Below the pieces are notes generated by a model, which saw only the letters and a list, made by a program, of their open reading frames with translations, ran no database searches and had not been told where the DNA came from. From Ophelia neglecta (Eukaryota): a stretch of 64,000 nucleotides of DNA. The position numbers were made by a program, and so were the translations under genes. The DNA lies in NCBI GenBank assembly GCA_965285935.1, contig OZ260663.1, positions 55,676,001 through 55,740,000 of the forward strand, given 5' to 3'. Shown here in pieces: positions 1 through 14,010 of the stretch. Numbering within the stretch: the stretch's first letter is position 1; each line of letters starts with the position of its first letter.

Positions 1-3000
1 AGAAACCATTGAGATTCTTTTTGCCGAGGGATTGATAAAAGTAAATTGCATTTTTATTTTTAATATATACATTATCATTAAATTTAGAGAGCACAATTGA
101 TGACTAGAAGATGAATATGGAACATAATGGACATGTATACAGTAACACTTAGGTTAACCCTAACTCCCTTGGGTCCAGTCAAAGTTTTCAATTACCAGAG
201 GTATTCACTTAACCAAGGTGGAATGAAATGTTAACATCTATTTGCCTTCAGTCTCAGGGAGAGTCACTCCTATGCCCAGTTGACTAGCCAATGATTCATA
301 GTTTTTGTATAAACAGTGATGAGAGCCAGTAGTGCCCCTCCTCTTCAAGGACACCGTGCCAAACAGTCTGTCACATTAGCAAATCCACTTGCTCTTGTTT
401 TTCAGTGGTTAATCCTGCTACTAATTAAAATGGCTGAGAGAGAGTGATAATTGTTGAGAACCAATCACATAATTCTCTAGGGTGGCTCTAAGCCTAAAAT
501 CATAGCTGCCAAATTGTCTCCTCTATAGGAGAGTACCTTCTCTTAGTGGCTACTCACTGCAACTAGGATATCACTGCCTGATTAAAACTCTCCAAAATGT
601 GATACAACTGGTAAAAAATACAAGTAAATGGGGTTTAGGAGAACATCATTTATGATTTTTCCATGGACCTTGGCCTTCGTTAACACAGGTTCATTTATAC
701 AGCATTTTACATTTACAATTTGGGTGGCAAATTTTTTTGGTAATCACTTAACAGAGGTGTTTGCTTAACCAAGGAGTAACTAACATTAAATAGATAGGTC
801 AAAATTTGAGACTTGAAAAAAAAGTTCATTTAGCAGAGGAGTTCGTTTAGGGAGGTCTTACTGTATTAAATTACATGATTTATACAATGTATATCTTTAA
901 AAATAAAGGGGTAAATGGTAGTTATTCTTGTAATAAAACTTAAGCTGTGACTGGGCTATTGATGCTACAAGCTCTCCTTTTTCAGGCCCTGTTTGCCACA
1001 GAAACCTTTGCTATGGGTCTCAACATGCCTGCCAGAACAGTACTCTTTACAAGCTGTAGAAAGTTTGATGGTCATGACTTCAGATGGGTGAGTCACCTAT
1101 GGTGAAACATAAAAAAAAACATCACTGCAAAACTGTGCATACACAATAGGACAATGAAAGTTTGTTAAAACATTGGATGTAATTTGGTATTCAACATGAT
1201 ATGCCTTTAATATTTAACTGTAGAAATGTATTGATTGTCAGCTGAGACTCGTCTGTGACTATTTAGTGGTCCCGGGAAGGACCATATTAGTTTGAATCCT
1301 TTTCAGTTGTTAGCAGTCTTGATCCCAGTCATTTAACCAGTCTGTCTTGTACTGTCTCAGCTCAATAGCATGGTGACAGGCATACTCTTAGAACATGTTA
1401 CACATGCCCACCGTGATGGCTAGTCGATGAATGTATCTAAAGGAGCAATGGTTCACCTTTTAGGCTTTTTCTCAAGACCACTAAATACTCACAGACGAGT
1501 CTCCTCTTACAATTAACCTCACAACTAAATCAGAGAATTTTTTTCTATTCAATCCACAATGATTAAAAGGGTCCAGCACAACCTTCTGTGTGGAGGTAAA
1601 AATGTGGCTGTTTAGTTTGTGGATAAGGCACTTCCCATATCCTGCATCCTGCTTTCATATAACCCTAAAATATGATTAGTTATTTATGATTAATTATGAA
1701 AAAAAGATAGCAATAAAATTTATAGTAAGAGTCTATAAATAATTAAAAGAAAACACTACTTATGAACCCAATACACATATCCTTATTGAAAGAAAACTGC
1801 ATGTCTTAAATCACATCAAGACAAATTAATTTAATTTGAAGAATTTGCTTGTTGTAGATTTCCTCTGGAGAGTACATTCAGATGAGTGGGCGAGCAGGAA
1901 GAAGAGGCCTGGATGACAAAGGTATTGTCATCCTCATGGTGGATGAAAAAATGAGTCCAGGAGTCGGAAAACTTATTCTTAAGGTAAACCAAAGATGGGC
2001 TATACATTTAGGGTTACTATTATGTCATTTCTCATACATAATACTGTGAACAATTCTAATGTGGCTGTTTCCTCAAAAGAAGTCTCTAACAAGTCTGTAT
2101 TTTAGAATAGTAATATTTATGTTAACTACCGGGTAGTCTTTTTTTATCTGTATTTGCCTGAGCAATGTTTGTTTTAATACTACTAGGGTCAGCCGGATGC
2201 CCTGAACAGTGCGTTCCACCTGACCTACAACATGGTCCTTAACCTCCTGAGGGTGGAGGAGATCAACCCGGAGTACATGCTGGAGAGATCCTTCTATCAG
2301 TTCCAAAACTACGCAGCAATTCCAGATTTGTTAGAAAGTAGGTCTGGGCATGTATAAGACTGATTGTTGTATTTTCTTAGCTAGTTGAGCTCTCAATGTG
2401 TGACCAAATTTTCTGGTGTATTGTGCATAGCTGAATGTAGTTGTGAGTAGTAAATTGATCATCAGTGATCACTGCTATATATGACATGAGACAGGTTTTA
2501 TATCATGTATGCTGAGGGATTTCATCAAAGTCCCATATCCAACCTAAAGCTGAGCAATTAATTTCCTCTCTGTGTGAAGAGAATTTCAATCTCATTTGTG
2601 CATTTGATCTGTATGTTGTGTTTTTATTGTGTGACAGTTACCAGTTGCTTGTAGTAAATAAAGCATTTACATCTTGTTCATTTGTATGCAGATTTGAAGA
2701 AGTTGGAGCAAAAGTACAACAAAGTTGTAATACCCAATGAAGAGCAGGTAGCCTCTTACTATAAGATTAGACAGCAGCTGGATCATCTGGCGACAGAGTT
2801 ACAGAGCTTTATACAGAAGCCTCAGTATATTCTCCCCTATCTACAACCAGGAAGGGTCATAGGCGTAAAAAACAATGGGCTTGACTTTGGTCTGGGCGTG
2901 GTGGTCAACTTCCAGAAGAAAGGAACAGACGCTGTGAGTAGGACTTTGGTTAGATTTTTATCAGACCTTCCAATCATAATATCACATAGACGGCTTGATC

Positions 3001-6000
3001 TGGTTTTAATGACATTTTGTTTCACATTAATTATAATCCCGTGGCCACTTAATAAATCACCATATGTTGTTTGAAGGCCTTAATATATAAAATTGCTGTT
3101 GATTCCAATGGTTGCAGTTGTAATAAATCTAACAATGTCTGTACACAGAGTGCAGTGGATTCCTCGGAGCCAGCTTATGTTGTAGAAGCCCTGCTGCACT
3201 TGTCACAGGAAACAGCCAGAAAGCACAAAGTGGCTGCCGTCAAACCATGTCCTCCTGGAGAGAAAGGAGAAATGCAGGTCTGTAAGAAACAGCCTCATTG
3301 CTGATATGTTGTTCTCACATAACTTGATAAGTAATTTATATGGTTATGAAGTATGATTTGACCTTTATGCATATATTGTAAACTCTTTATATTAAATTTT
3401 GCTGCATTTTTTTTCACATTGTTTAGGTGTGAAGTGATGGACATGTCTCTGTATGCTAAATTTTAATCCTGCTTTTGCCAAGAAAAATTTCTTTTTTTAG
3501 CACATAGGTGAAATTTCTCTGATGATCTGTAACTGTGTTTAATGGCAATACATAAGTTTTCAGCTGACAGTACAAAAAGTTTTCTTATCTTTAGACCTTT
3601 CCCATTAACATGATGCCTATTTGATGTCATTTTGTCATGTTGCTTTCATCATGTACAGGTGGTGCCTGTCATGCTGCACCTGGTAACCGCAGTGACTGCC
3701 ATCCGTCTGTACATCCCCTCTGATCTCCGACCTCTGGACAACAGGATGAGTGTACTCAAGTCTGTCCAGGTTTGTGGCTTATATGGTATAAGTTAGGCTG
3801 TCTGCTTTGGAAAAGAGTTGGGCTATTGTTAATAAATGTTAGCTCCAGTTCTATAAAGTGGTGCCTAGCTATAACCTTAAAATATATTGTAAGGGCCGTG
3901 CTAGGAGTCTGTAATGTAAAAGTGCACCACTCCACAGGACTAAATGCAGTTCTCTACACTAACACTTCATCTAGCATATATTTCATTGTTCACATTGCCT
4001 TTGCCATTTTAGAATAAGTTTATAAACTAGGGAGTTCATCTGATTATGTATTAGCTTTAATAGTACAATTTATTGACTTTTGATAAGTTCAACATGCTAT
4101 GCAAGCATGGATGGGCTAAAATATGTGTCATTACATTGAAAATTTAACCTCTTAACTTACAATATTGAAATATAATTAAGAAATATCACCACATGTATTG
4201 TTGTAATCTCCTACAGGAGGTACAAAAGAGGTTCCCCGACTCGCTGCCCTTTTTAGATCCAATAGAAGACATGGGCATTAAAGATAAAGGCCTGAAAGAA
4301 GTTATAAGGGTAAGTCTGACTTATGGCTCTGACGGTGGTACAGTTGTGACTGTAAATACCAGGACCAACTGTAAAAATGGGTGAGAAATTCTCAGTAATT
4401 AAGACTCATCAGATTTCCTTTCATTTCAATTCAGTGCCCTTGAGCCCTTGAGCATTGAGCCCACTGTCACAAGTAGGCACTGTGGCGATATGACCGATAA
4501 GCGTTGAAAGCCAAGTAAAACCCCAAACAACAACAACCCTGTAAAGGGAAATGATGTTGCCTTTAGCAAATCTTAATCACTGAGCATATTAATATCTTTT
4601 AATAAATATTTTTTCTGGACCCACAGGACTTCCAGACACATTTGGTTATTTGGCGCCTGCATAGTCTGAAACCATGTATAGTGTGTGTGTTAAATGTTAT
4701 ATGAGCCATACAGTACATAATAGATGTACATAGACTGTTAATGGAATAGAAATGAATACCAATATATTTTTCACAGAAAACTGAAGCGTTTGAGCACAGA
4801 ATGTATTCACATCCTTTACACAAGGACCCCAAACTGGACGAGTATTACAACCAATATGCAGCAAAGGCAAAAGTAAGAGAAATCCTAGTTTAGTTATCAT
4901 TTAGATTCTAATTTTGTCCAGTTTCTTGAAAAAACATTCCTTTGACCTAAGCTCAGCTCTCTTTTAGCATGCAGTTGCATTAAAGCTAGTATATTATGTT
5001 AACAGAATGTACAGATGCACTGTTTTGGTCAATTTAGATAGCCAATGATATTAAAGCAATGAAGCTAGAATTGAAAAAGAAGAGATCACTTCTACAAATG
5101 GATGAGCTCAAATGTAGAAAGCGAGTTCTAAGAAGATTAGGCTACTGTACTTCACAAGATGTCATCGAAATAAAGGGGAGGGTAGCATGTGAAATTGACA
5201 GGTCAGTCTCAGAGTGGATTTGGAAGAATTGCAACACTGTTCCACATTCATGGAATGAAATGTTTGCACTTGTATGTTTACTATATATTATCTTACAGCA
5301 TATAAATTTGTGGTTCATAATGACCCCTAGGCATAATAAACAATTTGTAAACATTTTTTCTTTGTAAAAAATAGCCTACAGTGTCCTAGTCACCATAACT
5401 GTTTTCCTTTGGATACAATTCAAGTAGTAGTGAATTATCAATTCCTTTTCAGTGCTGATGAACTTCTACTCACGGAACTTCTATTCAATGGTGTGTTCAA
5501 TGACCTGACCCCGCAGCAGGCGACAGCCTTACTTAGTGTTTTTGTATTCCAAGAGAAGAGCTCTGAAATGCCAAAGTTATCAGAGGCTTTGTCTGGCCCT
5601 CTGAGACTAACACAGGTGATTTTAAACAAATGTCTGCCATATCTGTGTGTTCAATATCTGATTCTTCTATGGAAAAAAGTCTAGAAAGTTCCCTAGCAGT
5701 AGTTCAAGGTCAAAAGTATAGTCACTTCTCCATAAATGTTTTGCATGCTGTGTTACCCTTGTATTAAATTTTTTTTTTCAGGACACTGCTCGAAGAATAG
5801 CCAAAGTAAGCATTGAGGCCAAGTTAGACCTGAACGAGGAGGCCTACCTAGACCGTCTCAAGCCACACATGATGGATGTAGTGTACGCTTGGTGTAATGG
5901 ATCTCTCTTTTCTCAAATCTGCAGAATGACCGATGTCTTTGAAGGTATGCATGTAATCACCAGGCAATCACCAGATTTTTATAGTGAATAAGAGTGCATT

Positions 6001-6630
6001 TTTTAAATGTGGACCTACATCTGTGTTTTGGGGATATTGAAATTGGACAAAAATGGTCATATTTCAGGCTATTATAACCTTTAAACATTTGAGCTGTTCA
6101 ATTAAAAATGCATGGAGGACCATGGGGACCACATTTTGAATGGAGCATGTGCTTATAGCTGTATATATATATACATATATAGTTTCAGTATTAGGCTATT
6201 AGTAAGAGTGATCCATGCATCTGTAACTATGTTTTACATCACTTGACATTGGTCTATTTCCTATAGGGAGCATCATTCGCTGTATGAGAAGACTGGAAGA
6301 GTGTCTGAGGCAGATGTGTCAGGCATCCAAAAATATAGGAAACACAGAGCTGGAGAATAAATTTTCTGAAGGCAAGACTGTTCATCATAGTTATATAACC
6401 TCCCCCCCCCCCCCTTTTCGGAATATTTAAATAAGTAAAGACCTTCGTATGCAACAACAATATCACAGTATTTGAATGGCCACTGGTTGATTTTACTATG
6501 AAATAAATGGGAAGATATTTTGAACATTGCTTAAGGGTCATGCATTTTTCATTCATTTGATTTGGGTTTTCTTTCAGGCACCCGTTTGCTGAAGAGAGAT
6601 ATTGTGTTTGCAGCTAGTCTGTACCTTTAG
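1..6630 (+). CDS. MTREX: Exosome RNA helicase MTR4/SKIV2L2, 3' portion (5' end outside window)
   Basis: Exons: <1-40, 986-1087, 1858-1983, 2187-2337, 2692-2933, 3149-3277, 3659-3769, 4217-4309, 4777-4872, 5038-5201, 5453-5615, 5782-5944, 6267-6371, 6578-6630. Translation gives [36 protein letters not shown] (helicase motif VI), KGRVACEI and C-terminal [12 protein letters not shown]. All phases join; all introns are GT-AG except the last (GC-AG). Confidence 0.97.
140..863. mobile_element. Degenerate Tc1/mariner-pogo-like non-autonomous element in MTREX intron
   Basis: TA|CAGTAACAC...GGTCTTACTG|TA termini, with repeated subterminal motifs (CACTTAACCAAGGTG, CACTTAACAGAGGTG, GCTTAACCAAGGAG). Confidence 0.55.
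1231..1516. mobile_element. Fold-back element / MITE with about 50-bp imperfect inverted repeats
   Basis: GAGACTCGTCTGTGACTATTTAGTGGTC (1244-1271) is the near-perfect reverse complement of GACCACTAAATACTCACAGACGAGTCTC (1476-1503); similarity extends out to TTGA/TTAA ends. Confidence 0.7.
4440..4538 (+). mobile_element. SINE 3' tail fragment (MetaSINE-like)
   Basis: GCGATATGACCGATAAGCGTTGAAAGCCAAGTAAAACCCC followed by an (AAC)n tail; resembles lophotrochozoan SINE tails from memory. Confidence 0.4.
6372..6577 (+). other. GC-AG intron (last intron of MTREX)
   Basis: GAAG|GCAAGA donor and TTTCAG|GC acceptor give [16 protein letters not shown]; no GT donor at this position. Confidence 0.85.
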
Positions 6631-7706
6631 ACTTCCTGGTAGATGTATAGAAACACTAATAACTGTCCTCGGTTATTTGGAATAATATCAAGTGTGAATA
6701 TGATATAGTATACACAAACTTTATCACAATGAAGTTCTTTCTTTTATGAATGTGCTCCAAAATTCCATGATTGTGTTAAAATCAAACTTATCTAAGTTAA
6801 CTGTTTTATTCCAAATTGAAGTAAGCTAATTTAAGAAACAGACAGTGTTTCTTTCTAATTATGATTTGAGGCACAGGACATCCATGGAGTTAATAATGTT
6901 CTGAGACTACACAGTTCAAGGTTCTGTGTGCACCCATCAAATACGGTGTATATTTCATATGCCAGTATTCTGATGATATATTTTATCAATAACTGTAGGA
7001 ATTTTATCAGTTTCTGTAAATTTGAAAATAAAAGACCCATTTTGGGAAATAAATTGAGATCCATCTACAGATCAGGCTCTTCCTTTGTTACCAGTAACTT
7101 GCAGTATTTCAAATCAGCTTTCGATGTAGATAAATGAAAATGTTGTAAATTTGTAGCAGTGACAATTTATTTGCTTTCCTGCATCTTCACGGATCAACTT
7201 AAATTATCTGATTTTGTGTATGTAGGATTTATTTTTCTGCAATAAAGAAGGTGTTTTTATATCAAGCCAAAGTCCAGAGCATTCTTGTTGTTCATTTTAT
7301 CGTTTATGCTAATATATGTTCTGTAAGCTGTATCTTCAAACTTCTTTTCAATGTATCTGTAGGAAATTTTCCATAAAACACTCCTTGGCTTGCGCTCAAA
7401 GATGAAGGCAAAATTGATTTGGAATATTTCTGTGATCACACTATGGCCGCCATTGGTATAATTGTAATAGTACATAATGAAAAATTACAAACAAATGTTG
7501 AGAAATATTAAACACTTTAATATACCCCAAGAAAATCGTATTAAATTATTGCAATTGATAAACTAAATGGAAACATACCAGTATTATATATTAAAGTAGT
7601 AACCAAAGAGCCTATCATTGATTGTTCTGCAGTAGTATATACTCTTAGTTCAGGTACCGGTAGCAAACATAGTGGTGCACTATTTGTATGTTATACATAT
7701 GCCGGA

Positions 7707-10700
7707 ATGTTGAAGGGTAAACTATTTAGTCCTGTGTGTTTAGTAGCACACTCTCGTCCACTTAAAAGAAATGCAAGCTTGCCTCCGAAAAAGATGACAC
7801 GATCACAATATTGCATGGAATGTGTCAGGTAATAAAAGGTTTAATTGTGATAGGCTTTGAGCGATAATAGCACAGTATCTGGTACACTTGATGTAAATAT
7901 ATACAAGGCCTACATTGCTGCATGACAGTACACCTGCAAAGTGCTGCCTGAGGGATGCACCATTAGATATATTGAAGAATTGGTTTCTTTAGACATGCCT
8001 ACTTATTCTCTACTTGAACTTGAGAAAAACTGTTATCTTCAAATATTAGAACCAATTTATATGTAAATATGCCTGCCAAGACCCTTGCATTCTAGGAAAC
8101 TCCTGTATTTTACATTGTTCCCTCACTCCCCTGCAGCATCGTATAAATACCCTGAATTTTGGGCAATTTCCTATTATTTTTCGATTTGGAGGCTTTTTTT
8201 TTTACTAATCTAAGGGTTGAAAAGCTCTAGTTGTGGCATTGCAGGGGGAGTTACGAAAGAAAAGTTTGCCTGGGAGCACCTGGCCAAAATCTAGGGGTCC
8301 CCCAGCGTATGCAGGGGACATTGTATGCCTGCTATCTTTATGTCCAATATACATGTCGATATTGCTGTCAGAGCAGACTCCAGCTTCTAGGCTACAAGCT
8401 CTCAAGGCAAACCGTCCATGTTGACATTCCAAATACCTGTCAGTTGAAACCATAACATATAAAATACTTTTATCATTTTCTCATGCGTTGGGGTAATGGT
8501 ACAATATGGCATTAAGTATGCATTATTTTGTTTCTCAGAAAATCTGATTATGAAGGTTATCTGGCTGCTCTTTTGCTTCCAACCGATGTTAGGACAAGTG
8601 CATTTGCCATAAAAGCATTCAATGTGGAGGTATCGCAGGTGAGATATTTGGTAGCTTTGTTTTGGAACTGATTCTTGAGAGTTTTAGGTGGTCAGTGTTT
8701 GCAAATTCAAGCAAACCATAAAGTTAAATGTAACCAGCATTTCACCTATGAATTGTACATCTAATCTTTATTTGAGCTTAAAATTTGCTTAAACTATCAT
8801 CTCTTTTTCCAGATTCAAGATACAGTGTCGGAAAAACAAATTGGTTTAATGCGTGTTCAATATTGGAGAGAAGCAATTGATCAGATATACAAGGTTTTTA
8901 ATTTCTACAGACAGACAATTTCCATTTTACTTGATCTGGACGATTAATATATATATTACTTATCAATGAAAATCGATGTAAACAGATTTTAAAAGACAGT
9001 GTGCAAGCCTTAATGTAAATATGAGTTATATATACAACCTATTGGTATTTCCAGGGAAACCCTCCAAAAAGTCCAACTGCCTTAGAACTAGAGAAGGTGT
9101 GTGTCTTATTGAGCATCTAAGTCATGACAGTTTAGAATTTATATGTCTTTGACCCATTGACATTTTGTCAGCAATTTTGATTTGCCAAAATTAGTGTGAA
9201 TCTGAAACATGAAGAATAATGTGTCTTTATACTGTAAGTTCAATTTACACTGATATTTATTGAAGCATCAATATCCACCATCATTAAAGCTGTTTTATTT
9301 ACAGTAAAACACTCTATATACTGTCCATCTTACTGTCTTTTTTTGACAAACTTAGGCTGTGAGACACCATAAATTGTCCAAAAGATGGTTGCAAAGACTA
9401 CTGGACTCAAGGGTAAATATGGTTATTGGCACTTGCAAATTCATGTTTTTGCATGCTCGCACATTTGAAAAGTTTAGGTTATAGTATTATTGGCAAACAA
9501 TTACAAAGAACAGGCAAGAAAACTATTGCCACACTTCCCATCATTTCTTTAATAAAAAAAACATATGCATGTTTTGTAGGAAGAGCAAATGCACAAAAGC
9601 ACAACAGCAAACCTTCAGGAAGTAGAGGATTATTCTGAAAATGCTGTATCATCTGTAAATTATCTGATACTGGAAATGCTAGGTTTGTGAACAAGATGCT
9701 TATATATTTTTGGGTAATTCACAACCAGATTGACAGTTGTCACACCTTTCATATGTTTAAATTGAGTAGAATTAACAATTACTTGCACTTTATTTGATCT
9801 GTTGGACTTGGGTCTTTTAATTAAATTGCACATTGTACTTTGAATTGACAGGAGTAAAAAATATACAAGTTGACCATGCAGCAAGCCACTTGGGTAAGGC
9901 TCAGGGCTTAACCACTTTAATCAGGGCAGTACCTCATAATGCTCAAAGACATAGGGTCCACTTGCCTGTTGATCTCATGATTAAGGTACTGTAGATGTGA
10001 TATTAACATAGCTATACCACAATTTATACTAAAATAAAGCACTTTTCATAGGACTTAAACACATTTGATCTTAAACATGGTAACCCGGATCACCGACAGG
10101 TCTCCACATTAAAAAAGGGACTTAATTAAAGTTTTTTTGCTTACCATTATGCAAATTGAAATACATTGAAACACCCTGAAACAAAATATATCAAGGCATG
10201 ACCCGTTTATAATGGGACACAGGTCACTGCGTTTTGGGTCATGTAAAGTACTACACTACCATTTTGCTATTGTAAATTGTAATTTGATTATTAATACCAT
10301 TATTATTGTATTGTGACCAAACATGAAATTCACCCATAAATATTATTCTGTCCTTTTGAAATATTATACACCAAAGGATGATGAGTATGTGAATGTACAT
10401 GCTGTCATCAATTCAGATAGAAACGCCTTTAACTGTATCCATTTAATTCTAGCACAATGTGTCTCAGGAAGATGTAATTAGAGGATGTAAGGAGCAAAAG
10501 ATGAAAGATCTGATATTTGACATAGCAACTCAGGCAAACTACCACTTGGACATGGTGAGTAACATTTAACATAAACCCTTGGAGCTTTTTCAATTAGAAT
10601 ATAGAGGGCAGTTTTTCAAACTGTCTTTTACACACTCAGAATATCTTCCAGTTTTAGTCCACATATTTATGAAAGTATGCAGCCCACATCTTTATGAAAA

Positions 10701-11987
10701 AATGCAGACCTGTAACAGACCTATTCCAGGCAAACCATTCCTGTGCTTATAACAGTGATGGTGAAGTATTTGAAGTTACTTGTCTTACCGTCAGCTCCAT
10801 TGATAGTAATTATGCTATGCATTGACTAAGGGCCATTATTATTAAAAAAATGTTAATAAATTAGGTTATATATAGCATCATTATACTCTTCATTCAGAGC
10901 TACCATGAAAAAATTGTGTCAGCCTCATGACTCTTAAATTATTTTTTCACATGTATATTAAATTGACATGAAATAAATACATATAGTCACTTGAATTTTG
11001 ATTTCTAATTGAATCCTTTCAGGCTCGCTCTTTCAAGAAAGATGTGCCCAGAGAGGCACTTCCAATGTTCTTTGTGTCTGTGAGTAGTCTTCTATATTTC
11101 CCACCTTCTTTTTGGAAAATTCAGTTAAATATTGGGAGGGAGGTCAGTTAATCAATGTTCACCACATCAATGCCACCAAGTTCAAACAACTCCCAATCCC
11201 AGTCTTAGGCAATGTCCACAATGTTCTTTGAAGATACAATTGCATTTTTACTTATCTTGGGATTTTAAACATATGGGTCCTGCTAGTTTGGCTGTTGGCT
11301 GGTGTAAACAGACAGAAATATGTTGCTGCAATAAAATGTAGAAAAAGATTGTCTAAGCTTTTTGTAGAAGCCAATCAGTTGTAAGTATCATATTCCTTTA
11401 ACTTCAAAGTGATGTATCTACATCATCCTTGAACCACTTCATTCTTGATACATTTGTACCATATAAAAATTGCCCTTTACTTGGCATAGAATACAGTGGC
11501 CATCAACCCTTTCCTCTCAAGGGAAATTGATATTTCCCATTGGATTTGATTATTTGTATCTATATGTGCACTTCATATCAAATTTTACTGTGAAGAATAT
11601 GTCTGACTTCTTTTTAAATGAATGCCATAGAGAAAGTCTGCATAATGTTCTGACCACTGATTGTCTCTAGACAAGTGATTAGCTGATTATTTCATTCAAT
11701 TTCATTTGAGGTAATATGTATAGCTCCTTTCCTTTTTTTTTATTGAAAAGCACACCTTGACCTAATAGGAAAGGAGTGCCCTTTTAATGTCAATAATCAA
11801 GACTTACAGACACTAAAATCTTATCGCGAGGTTCACATATAGTTTTCTTTACTTGCAGGTACCAGTTCACTCCTTTCTCCGGGCCATTCAGTATGCAGAT
11901 TTTGACATCTACAACAGTCAGCTATTTCAGCGGAATAATTGGCTACCTTTGTTGATGCTCAAGCAGAAATGGATGAAAACTTACTAG
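7707..11987 (+). CDS. NDUFAF6: Complex I assembly factor NDUFAF6 (squalene/phytoene synthase-like fold)
   Basis: Exons 7707-7828, 8539-8638, 8813-8893, 9055-9096, 9356-9412, 9580-9682, 9852-9985, 10453-10554, 11023-11079, 11859-11987. Motifs [41 protein letters not shown]-terminal WMKTY*. The basic N-terminus lacks acidic residues, like a mitochondrial presequence. Missed by the ORF track because the exons are short. Confidence 0.95.
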
Positions 11988-13191
11988 GATATTACTAGAC
12001 ATTGCTAAGTTATTTCTGTACAAGATGTGTATGTATATATGTATATGTGCCAAATAAACAAAAATCACCTTAATATATAATGTAATCCCTGGTATTCTTT
12101 TTGCTCTCCCCTCCCCCCCCCCCCCCTTTCCCTTCATACACACACAAGACATTCGGGTTAGATAGGGTCTACATAATAACATTTGTCCACCAAGTGTTCT
12201 GCTGTAGACAGGGACACCTAAGCATTCGTTATAAGTACATAAATAAATTTGAAAAATAAACATTTCAAATTAACAAATCACAAAACGTTGTATTGTTTTA
12301 TTATTCGCCCAGTCATTTTGTATATTGACCTGTTGCTGTGAAATCCTTAGATTTCCCTGGCCAAAATGTTTGTGGTTTGGGAAGCCCTTATTATTTCACT
12401 GCTTTTTAAGGTACATATATATGATAGGTTCATGCTGCTCCCCTAATTTTCATGCCTTTTAACATTTGTGGTACTCTTGAAAATTATTTGAATTTAATTA
12501 CCCAAAAAATAGAAGTCCTACAGTAAGCCAAATATAGGGCCAGGATATTCTGTGGTTGGCACCATGATCCACTAATAATGACAGTAATTAGTGAAGGAAT
12601 GTCAAGTTGGCAGAGGTGGATGATGGAGGGAACTGATTTTTTTAGATTGGTGTGAAGTAAGTTTTTTTCTATAGAATTGCATGACCCCTGCCTATAGTAA
12701 TTTATAGGAATAACATCCTGACTAGTCAGCCGTATACTCAGGCAATTCAGAATGAAGGGATAGTGAAAATGTCTTTGACTAGTGGATTTCTGCAAGAAAT
12801 TTGTTTGACCATATTTATTTGAAAAATGAAACAATGCCATCTGAATGTCCTTTACACTCCCACTGCATTTTGAACACTAGCTGCTGATATGAAGATAGAG
12901 CATTTGCCAAGTTTTAAATAGGGTGAACATCTCTTTTCATACAAAAAGTGGAAAGTTTTAACATGGTCTGAAAACTCGTATTAGCCTTGCATCTATAATA
13001 CTATTGTGCCATAGAACTTCAAATTATCACATGATGCTTGGGCCAAAGTTATGCACCCATTTTTTTTTTGGGGGGGGGGGGGCAAGTGCCTCCTCTTCCC
13101 CTAATCCATTTGTGAAAACACTTTTCATCTGAATCTTAAAGCAGCACAGGCTTGTACTTATGTTGTATAACATGCCACATTTGATATAAAG

Positions 13192-13555
13192 CCCGGGGGG
13201 GGTACTCCCATTATCCGGCATACTGGGTATGTGCGGCCGAGAAGGGTCGTTTTTCCTCAAAACTTCCCTAAACCAAGGGTACCTTTTTGTTGATTTCTTC
13301 CCTAATAAAGGGTATGGTTTCTAGAAAAAAATTCATCCTGTCGGGCATGATTCTGAATTGCCTAGGGCAGTGAATAACCTGTATTCCATTCCACGAGGTT
13401 ACATGTATGTCATAACAAAGTGCCAAGTTTGAAGTCAAAATGTCCCTAAATCAAGGGTAGGTTTGAAGTCATAATGTCCCTAATTCAAGGGTAGGGTTTG
13501 CCAGGTACCAGCCGCACACCCCCACCCAAAAATAATGGGAGTACCCCCCCCCGGG
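13192..13555. mobile_element. MITE with 8-bp target-site duplication
   Basis: TIRs CCCGGGGGGGGTACTCCCATTAT / ATAATGGGAGTACCCCCCCCCGGG; flanking direct repeat ATATAAAG at 13184-13191 and 13556-13563; internal ~34-bp tandem duplication near 13427-13495. Confidence 0.9.
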
Positions 13556-13795
13556 ATATAAAGAAACAATCATGGATCCATGATTCAAAGAGATACAACG
13601 AACATAGATTTGTATTAGGCCTAGCTTCAATGGAAAACGGTTATTCGGCAGTGATAGTTGATTGGCAACTTGCTAGTCCGTCTGCCTAGGCTAATGGACA
13701 TAGATTTGGATAAAACCCAAAAATGTATTCATTCTGCGCAAATCCTACATCGGTGCACTTACCCTCAGCTCCCAGCTGATCAAAACAAATGCATG

Positions 13796-13950
13796 TGACG
13801 GTGTTTATTTACAGCATCCTGGTTCTTCACATCAGTAACCAATCAGCGGATCGCTGAAAACATATTGACGAATCAGCAGCCTGTATCAGGCGAACTCCGC
13901 GAAGCCATATTATATAGAGCAGACTCACATGGCGCATCAGAAGATCAACA
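13796..13950 (+). promoter_or_regulatory. Putative core promoter of the FBXO25/32 gene (canonical exon 1)
   Basis: Forkhead-type TTATTTAC 13805-13812, AACCAATCAGC near 13838, TATATAGA near 13910, local CpG enrichment, 60-215 bp before ATG 14011. Confidence 0.45.
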
Positions 13951-14010
13951 AAGAATACCAACCCAGACAACTATATTGCTTGTATTCATTTAGCGCTTAA
14001 TACAATTGAA

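Noticed and set aside
3520-3568. C/D box snoRNA in MTREX intron
   Set aside because: TGATGA...CTGA present, but the span is short with no convincing terminal stem or recognisable guide.
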